Below are positions 63,473 to 64,000 of a stretch of DNA of 64,000 nucleotides, in pieces. The notes beneath the pieces were generated by a model. That model did no database searches. It was not told the DNA's origin and saw only the letters and a list, made by a program, of their open reading frames with translations. Within the stretch, counting starts at the first letter, position 1, and every line of letters begins with the position of its first letter. The DNA is from an uncultured Lentisphaerales bacterium (GTDB lineage: Bacteria > Verrucomicrobiota > Lentisphaeria > JABSQK01 > UBA12247), in NCBI GenBank assembly GCA_943788985.1, contig CALSSJ010000026.1, positions 87,744-151,743 on the forward strand, in the 5' to 3' direction. The translations under genes were made by a program, and so were the position numbers.

Positions 63473-64000
63473 CTATTGTACTTCTGCTTCAAAAGCCCCT
63501 GCGACAAAGCTCTTTGCCTCGTCCGGCAGGCGCAGATGAATCTTGCCGGGTATCTTGCCGTTCGAGGCGGTGCCGAACTCCAGTTTCATGGAATAGCCTT
63601 TTAAATAGGTTTCCGATTCGGGCAGCCTGCTGCCCTCGACCTTGTATTTCAAATAGATATGCGGTTGCTGCACTTGACCTTGCCGATTGGGTTTGACGAG
63701 GATAGTTTTTCCTGCAAGCTCCTTGACGGACGAACCAAGGATAAAAATTTCAAAGGCTTGATCGGGGAAGAAGCCTTCCCCCTGCATTAATTTCAGGTTT
63801 CCCTGGCTGCTCAGCGTCGCCTTTTCGACGGTGAAGGCAACGCCATGAACACTTCCCTTGGCCGTTCCGGCGGGGATGTCGTTTTCAGTCACATCGGCCG
63901 CCGCTGGTGGAGGGGGGGCATATCGTTTTGCAAAAGCCTCTTTGCTGATTCGGTTCAAGACAAACTTATCCTTCTCCCAGCTGAGCGTGAGTTGATCGTG
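63473..64000 (-). CDS. Hypothetical cassette protein, 5' end beyond the window
   Basis: Frame open to base 64000; stop 3 bp before attC G; C-terminal 'KGYSMKLEFG....KIPGKIHLRLPDEAKSFVAGAFEA'. Confidence 0.7.
   Translation of the reverse strand, partial: HDQLTLSWEKDKFVLNRISKEAFAKRYAPPPPAAADVTENDIPAGTAKGSVHGVAFTVEKATLSSQGNLKLMQGEGFFPDQAFEIFILGSSVKELAGKTILVKPNRQGQVQQPHIYLKYKVEGSRLPESETYLKGYSMKLEFGTASNGKIPGKIHLRLPDEAKSFVAGAFEAEVQ

Larger units (their letters stand above)
58686..64000 (-). mobile_element. Integron-type gene cassette array (7 attC sites; integrase/attI not in window, so CALIN or an integron continuing rightward)
   Basis: Co-oriented single ORFs each followed by an attC-like palindrome; core sites match between neighbouring cassettes. 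Confidence 0.9.

Overview
Bacterial DNA whose gene families point to the PVC superphylum, probably Lentisphaeria or Kiritimatiellia. This is inferred from the many Cys-type sulfatases, the prepilin-type 'FTLIELLVV...H-X9-DG' proteins, the autotransporter-associated beta-strand repeat proteins and DUF4159. 1-4.8 kb is housekeeping: methyltransferase, lepA, thiS, thiG, GT9. 5-8.4 kb is an ExbB-ExbD-ExbD-stalk-DUF4159 operon. 11-58 kb is a large, partly decaying island for sulfated-polysaccharide use. It has sulfatases (one a two-domain fusion), glycoside hydrolases, a sugar ABC transporter, LacI/AraC regulators, four prepilin-type genes, a second ExbB-ExbD-ExbD module, IS256 and IS3 remnants, and many pseudogene fragments. 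58.7-64 kb is an integron-type gene-cassette array on the minus strand. It has seven attC sites, four of them exactly 59 bp, and the core sites match from cassette to cassette. No integrase lies inside the window. The array includes a full sulfatase captured as a cassette, and two unrelated ORFs whose C-termini (AGDVLKAAPEE) are encoded by the attC itself. Many frameshifts sit in homopolymer runs, including in lepA, which suggests assembly indel errors.
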